From NCBI RefSeq assembly GCF_018350175.1, contig NC_058368.1:3596001-3660000 (forward strand): 64,000 nucleotides of DNA, given 5' to 3'. Every line of letters begins with the position of its first letter. The stretch's first letter is position 1. The translations under genes were made by a program, and so were the position numbers. Below, one piece after another: positions 59,736 through 64,000 of the stretch. The DNA comes from Felis catus (Eukaryota). The notes below the pieces were generated by a model, which was not told the origin of the DNA, ran no database searches, and saw only the letters and a program-made list of their open reading frames with translations.

Positions 59736-60861
59736 ATATTTATTTGCAAATAGTTAAAGAGAGCTGATCTTAAAAGTTTTCGAGCTCATGGATGTTAACT
59801 AAATCTATTTGGTAATTATTTCACAGTATATAAATATATTAAATCATTATGTTGTACACCTTAAACTAAAGCCATATGTGTATTTACATTTATAAATATA
59901 TAACTAGTTAAATGTATAATTATATATATATTTATAGTATAAATGTATAACTATATATGTTTCTTTTTCTATTCATCAATCAATGCACATCCAAGTTGTT
60001 TCCATACTTTAGCTATTGTAAATATTGCTGCAATTAATGCAATGATCATGGAGGTGCAAATATCTCTTCAAGAAAGTGATTTCTCTCCCTTAGATGTATA
60101 TCCACTAGGGGAATTGCTGGATCACATGGTATTTCTAATTTTAATGTTTTGACAAATGTCCATAGTGGCTACACCAATCTACATTCCCACCCACAGTGCA
60201 AAAGGGTCCCTTGACTCTATATCCGTGCCAACATTTCTTATCTCTTATCTTTTCGACAAACCCACTCTAACAGGTGTCAGGTAATATCTCATGGTGGTTT
60301 GATTTGCATTGCCCTGATGGTTAGTGATGATGAGCATCTTTTCGTGTACCTGTTGCCTGTTGTATATCTTCTTTGGAGAAATGTCTATTTAGGTCCTTTG
60401 CCCATTTTCTTAATTCTGTTTTTTTCTGTTGAGTTGTTCTAGGAGTTCTAGGAGTTCTTTGTATATTATGGATATTAACCCTTTTATCAGATGTATGATT
60501 TGCAAATATTTTCTTCCATTTGTAGGTGAACTTTTCATTCTGTTGATGTGCAGAAGTTTTTTATTTGATGTAGACCCACTTGTTTATTTTTGCTTTTGTT
60601 GCCTTTGCTTTTGGTATCAAATCTAAAAAATAATTGCCAAGAACAATGTCAAGGAGATTATCCTCTATGTTTTCTTCTCTGAGTTTTACAGTTTTAGTTC
60701 TTATGTTCAAGCCTTTAATCCATTTGAGTTTATTTTTTGTATGGTGTGAGGTAGGGAATCAGTTTCATGCTTCGCATGTGGCTATCCAGTTTTACCAGCA
60801 CCATATATTAAAAAGACTGTCTTTTCCCTTTTGTATATTTGTGGCTTTTGGCATAAATTGA

Positions 60862-61123
60862 TTATATATATGTACATATATATACTTGTATATATATATG
60901 TACATATATATACATATATATACATATATACATATACATATATACATATATATACATATATATGTATATATACATATATACATATATATACATATATATA
61001 CATATATAAGTATATATATATACATATATACATATATATAAGATTATATATATATATATAATTATATAAGATTATATATATATAATCAATTTATGCCAAA
61101 AGCCACATATATATATATATATA
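60862..61123. repeat. compound (TA)n/(TACA) microsatellite
   Basis: direct reading. Confidence 0.97.
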
Positions 61124-61939
61124 TGTTTATTTCTGGGCAGTCTATTCTGTTTCATTATTCTATGTATCTGTTTTTATGACAATACCATATTTTTTTATTA
61201 CTATAGCTTTGTAGTATAGTTTGAAATCAGGAACTGTGATATCTCCAGTGATGTTCCTATTTCTCAAGATTGTGCTGGCTACTTTTGTAGTTTCATAAAC
61301 ATTTTAAGATTGCCTGTTTTATTTCTGTGACAAGTGTCATTGGAATTTTAATAGGTATTGCATTGAATCTGTAGATTGCTTTATATAGCATGGGCATTTT
61401 AACAATATTAATGATTCCAATTCATAAGCATGGATTGTGCTTTCCATTTAGTTGTGCCTACTTTAATTTCTTTCATCAGTGTCTTATAGTTTTCTATGTA
61501 TAGATCTTTCACCTTTTTGGTTAACTTTATTCCTAGGTCCTTTTTTCAACACGATTGTAAATGGGATTGTTTTCTTAATTTTTCTTGTATAAAAATGCAA
61601 CTGATTTTCCTATATTAATTTTGTATCCTATAACTTCACTGAATTCACTTGTTGGTTTTTCAGTGAAGCCTTTTGGGTTTTCTATATTGTGTCCCCTGCA
61701 ACTGAAGACAGTTTTCTTTCTTTCTTTCTTAATTGGATTACTTTTATTTCTTTTTCATGCATACTTTCTCTGGCTAAGACTTCTAATACCACATTAGATA
61801 AAATTGGTGAGCGTGAGCATCATTGTCTTAGTCCTGATCTTAGAGGAAAGCTTCCGGCTTTTCACCACTGAGTATGATATAATCTGTCGGCTCATCATAT
61901 ATGGCATTTATTGTGTTGAAGTATGTTTTCTCTATACCC

Positions 61940-62805
61940 AGAGACCACTACTTACCTACTTGGGCCAAAATCCAGAACACTGACAATGCCAAATGCTTGG
62001 GAGCATGTGGTGCAATAGAAACTCTCATACGTTGCTAGTGGGTATGCAAAATGGTGTAGCTACTTTGGAAAATAGGTTGGCAGTGTCTTGAAAAGCTTAA
62101 CATACTCGTCATACAACATAGAAATCACTCCTTGGTATTTACCCAAAGGAGTTGAAAACTTATGTCTACACAAAAAATCTGCACACAGATGTTTATGGAA
62201 GTTTTATTCATGGTTGCCAAAACTTGGAAGCAGCCAAGATATCCTTCGGCAGGCATAAGTAAATTGGCACATCCAGATAATCGAATATTATTCACTGCTA
62301 AAAAGAAATGAGCTATCAAGCCGCAAACAACTCGGAGGGAATATAAATGCCTATTACTAACTGAAAGAAGCCAATCTGAAAAAAATGACATGCTATGTAA
62401 TTCCACCAATAGGACATTCCAGAAAAGGCAAAACTATGGAGACAGCAAAAAGATCAAGGTTGCCAGGGGTTGTGAGAGAAGGGGGAATATAGTGAAGGTG
62501 GAGTGTAGTGGATTTGGGGGGTCAGTGAAAATACCCTATATGATACCATAATGGTGGATGCATACCATTATACATTTGTCCAAACCCATGGAGAACACAG
62601 CACCGAGAGTGAAGCCTGATGCAAATCCTGGACCTTCGGCGGTGTGTCTTTGCCATTTCATTCAATCGTAACAAATTAAACCGGTCTTGTGGAGGACATT
62701 GAGCGGAAGAGGTACGCATACGTGGGGGCAAGGAGCATATGAGAAATCTCCTCTCAGTTTTCCTGTGAACCTGAAACTACTCTCCAATATAAAGTCTTTG
62801 AAAGA
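61940..62805 (+). mobile_element. LINE-1 3' end (L1MC-type)
   Basis: ctccttggtatttacccaaaggagttgaaaacttatgtctacacaaaaa; tacatttgtccaaacccat; ctgtgaacctgaaact. Confidence 0.9.
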
Positions 62806-62841
62806 ATTAAACGTTATCATATAAATGACCTATCATATAAA

Positions 62842-62860
62842 TGACCTCAAATGACCTTGA
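62842..62860 (-). promoter_or_regulatory. perfect DR4 nuclear-receptor element overlapping TCAAGGTCA
   Basis: TGACCT-caaa-TGACCT-tga on the + strand; motif match only. Confidence 0.35.
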
Positions 62861-63349
62861 GTTTTCAATGCCCTTCAACAAATATATAGAATCTCTTATG
62901 CTCCGTTATCATTATAGTATTTCTCACCTGGATGATAAATGGACTTTTCAAGGTAATACCCCCAACAAAATATAAATTAAGGACACGAAAGAAAGGGTAG
63001 AGCACAACAATAAAAAAATTGCGGACTAGGGGCATCTGGAATATTAGCTAAGTGTTAAGAGATTCCTTAAATCTTAGCTTTCTAGGGTACGAAGGTTCTC
63101 TAGGGATGTTTATTTTCTTCTTTCTCTTTCTCAACTTTCAGACCACCGGGGAGGCATTTACCAAAGGCAAGATTGATTCTGAAGACAGCTTACGTATAAC
63201 TTTCTTGAAGTAATAAAATAATCAACCCGTACATGGAGGATCACAATGAGATTCTGTTATTCTATGAGTCACCATGTGTAGTAGCGAATCCACAAACGCC
63301 CTGATGAAGGGTTGCTGACTTTTTTTTTTAGTGTTTCTCTATTTTTTCC

Positions 63350-64000
63350 CAAGTTTTTATTTAAAGTCTACCTAGTTAACCTAGAGCACCATATCAGTTC
63401 CTGTTGTAGAGTTTAGTAATTCATCCCTTACGTACACCTGGTGCTGCTCATCACCACAACACCCTCCTTAATACTCAGTACCTATTTAACCCATTCCCGC
63501 TCCCACCCCCCTCCCCCAGCCTATTGTCCCTCCGCTAACTAGCGGTTTGTTCTCTATAATTAAGAGTCTATTTCTTGGTTTGCCTCTCTTTTTCTTCCCC
63601 ATATGTTCATTTGCTTTCTGTTGTTGTTAAAGTCCACATATGAGTAACACCGTATGGATTTGTCTTTCTCCGACATGATACACTCCAGCTCCATCCACAT
63701 CACTGCAAATGGCAAAATTTCATTCTTTTTTATGGCGGATATCACCTCATTTTTTAAATTAAATTCAAGTCAGTTAACATAGTTATATATATAGTTTATA
63801 GTATATATATGTAGTTTAACCTCCCTTGCCTATTTGGATGCATTTTATTACTTTTTGGTCTGATTGCTGAGACCAGGACTTCCAGTACCCTGTTGAACAA
63901 CTGGGAGAGTGGACATCCCTGTCGTATTCCTGACCTTAGGGGCAAAGCTCTCAGTTTCTCCCCATTAAGGATGCTATTAGCTGTGGATCTTTCATATACA
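63350..64000 (-). mobile_element. LINE-1 fragments (carnivore 3' end, then ORF2 body running off the window)
   Basis: SAIKKNEILPFAVMWMELECIM; gagagtggacatccctgtc..cctgaccttaggggcaaagct. Confidence 0.9.

Larger units (their letters stand above)
58760..61940 (-). mobile_element. LINE-1 (L1MA-type 3'UTR + ORF2 C-terminus) with an internal inverted piece, a SINE and a TA microsatellite
   Basis: antisense L1 3' end ttaattgaaacgtaattgacatata; [17 protein letters not shown]. Confidence 0.92.

Noticed and set aside
60782..61061. Tyr/Ile-rich ORFs
   Set aside because: Translations of the TA/TACA microsatellite.
176..63745. The supplied 60-134 aa ORFs as genes
   Set aside because: Most translate SINEs (GAWVAQSVK..., SLEPASDSVSPSLS), L1 ORF2 remnants, LTRs or microsatellites; none matches a cellular protein I can recognise.

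Overview
This is mammalian, almost certainly feline (Felidae), non-coding DNA. It holds about 33 tRNA-derived Can-SINEs (SINEC_Fc type, several young with perfect target-site duplications), many LINE-1 fragments of different ages, L2/MIR relics, MaLR (MLT1) and ERV LTRs, and Tigger and hAT DNA-transposon relics. There is also a fossil class-I ERV internal region on the minus strand at about 38.2-44.4 kb (integrase, RNase H, RT, probable gag) carrying nested insertions. I cannot support any intact, recognisable protein-coding gene, RNA gene or CRISPR array; nearly all supplied ORFs are read-through of repeats. No new biological system can be established from the sequence alone. The best leads are: (i) a unique 2-9 kb block with phase-compatible candidate exons and several LRR/TIR-like peptide fragments (speculative TLR-like relic); (ii) recurrent template-switch structures, including a perfect 32-bp inverted duplication around a TA microsatellite; (iii) closely spaced inverted SINE and L1 pairs; (iv) compact regulatory motif clusters (perfect DR4; NF-Y/YY1/CTCF-like; CRE plus X-box). 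Repeat family names come from remembered consensus sequences, and repeat boundaries are approximate.
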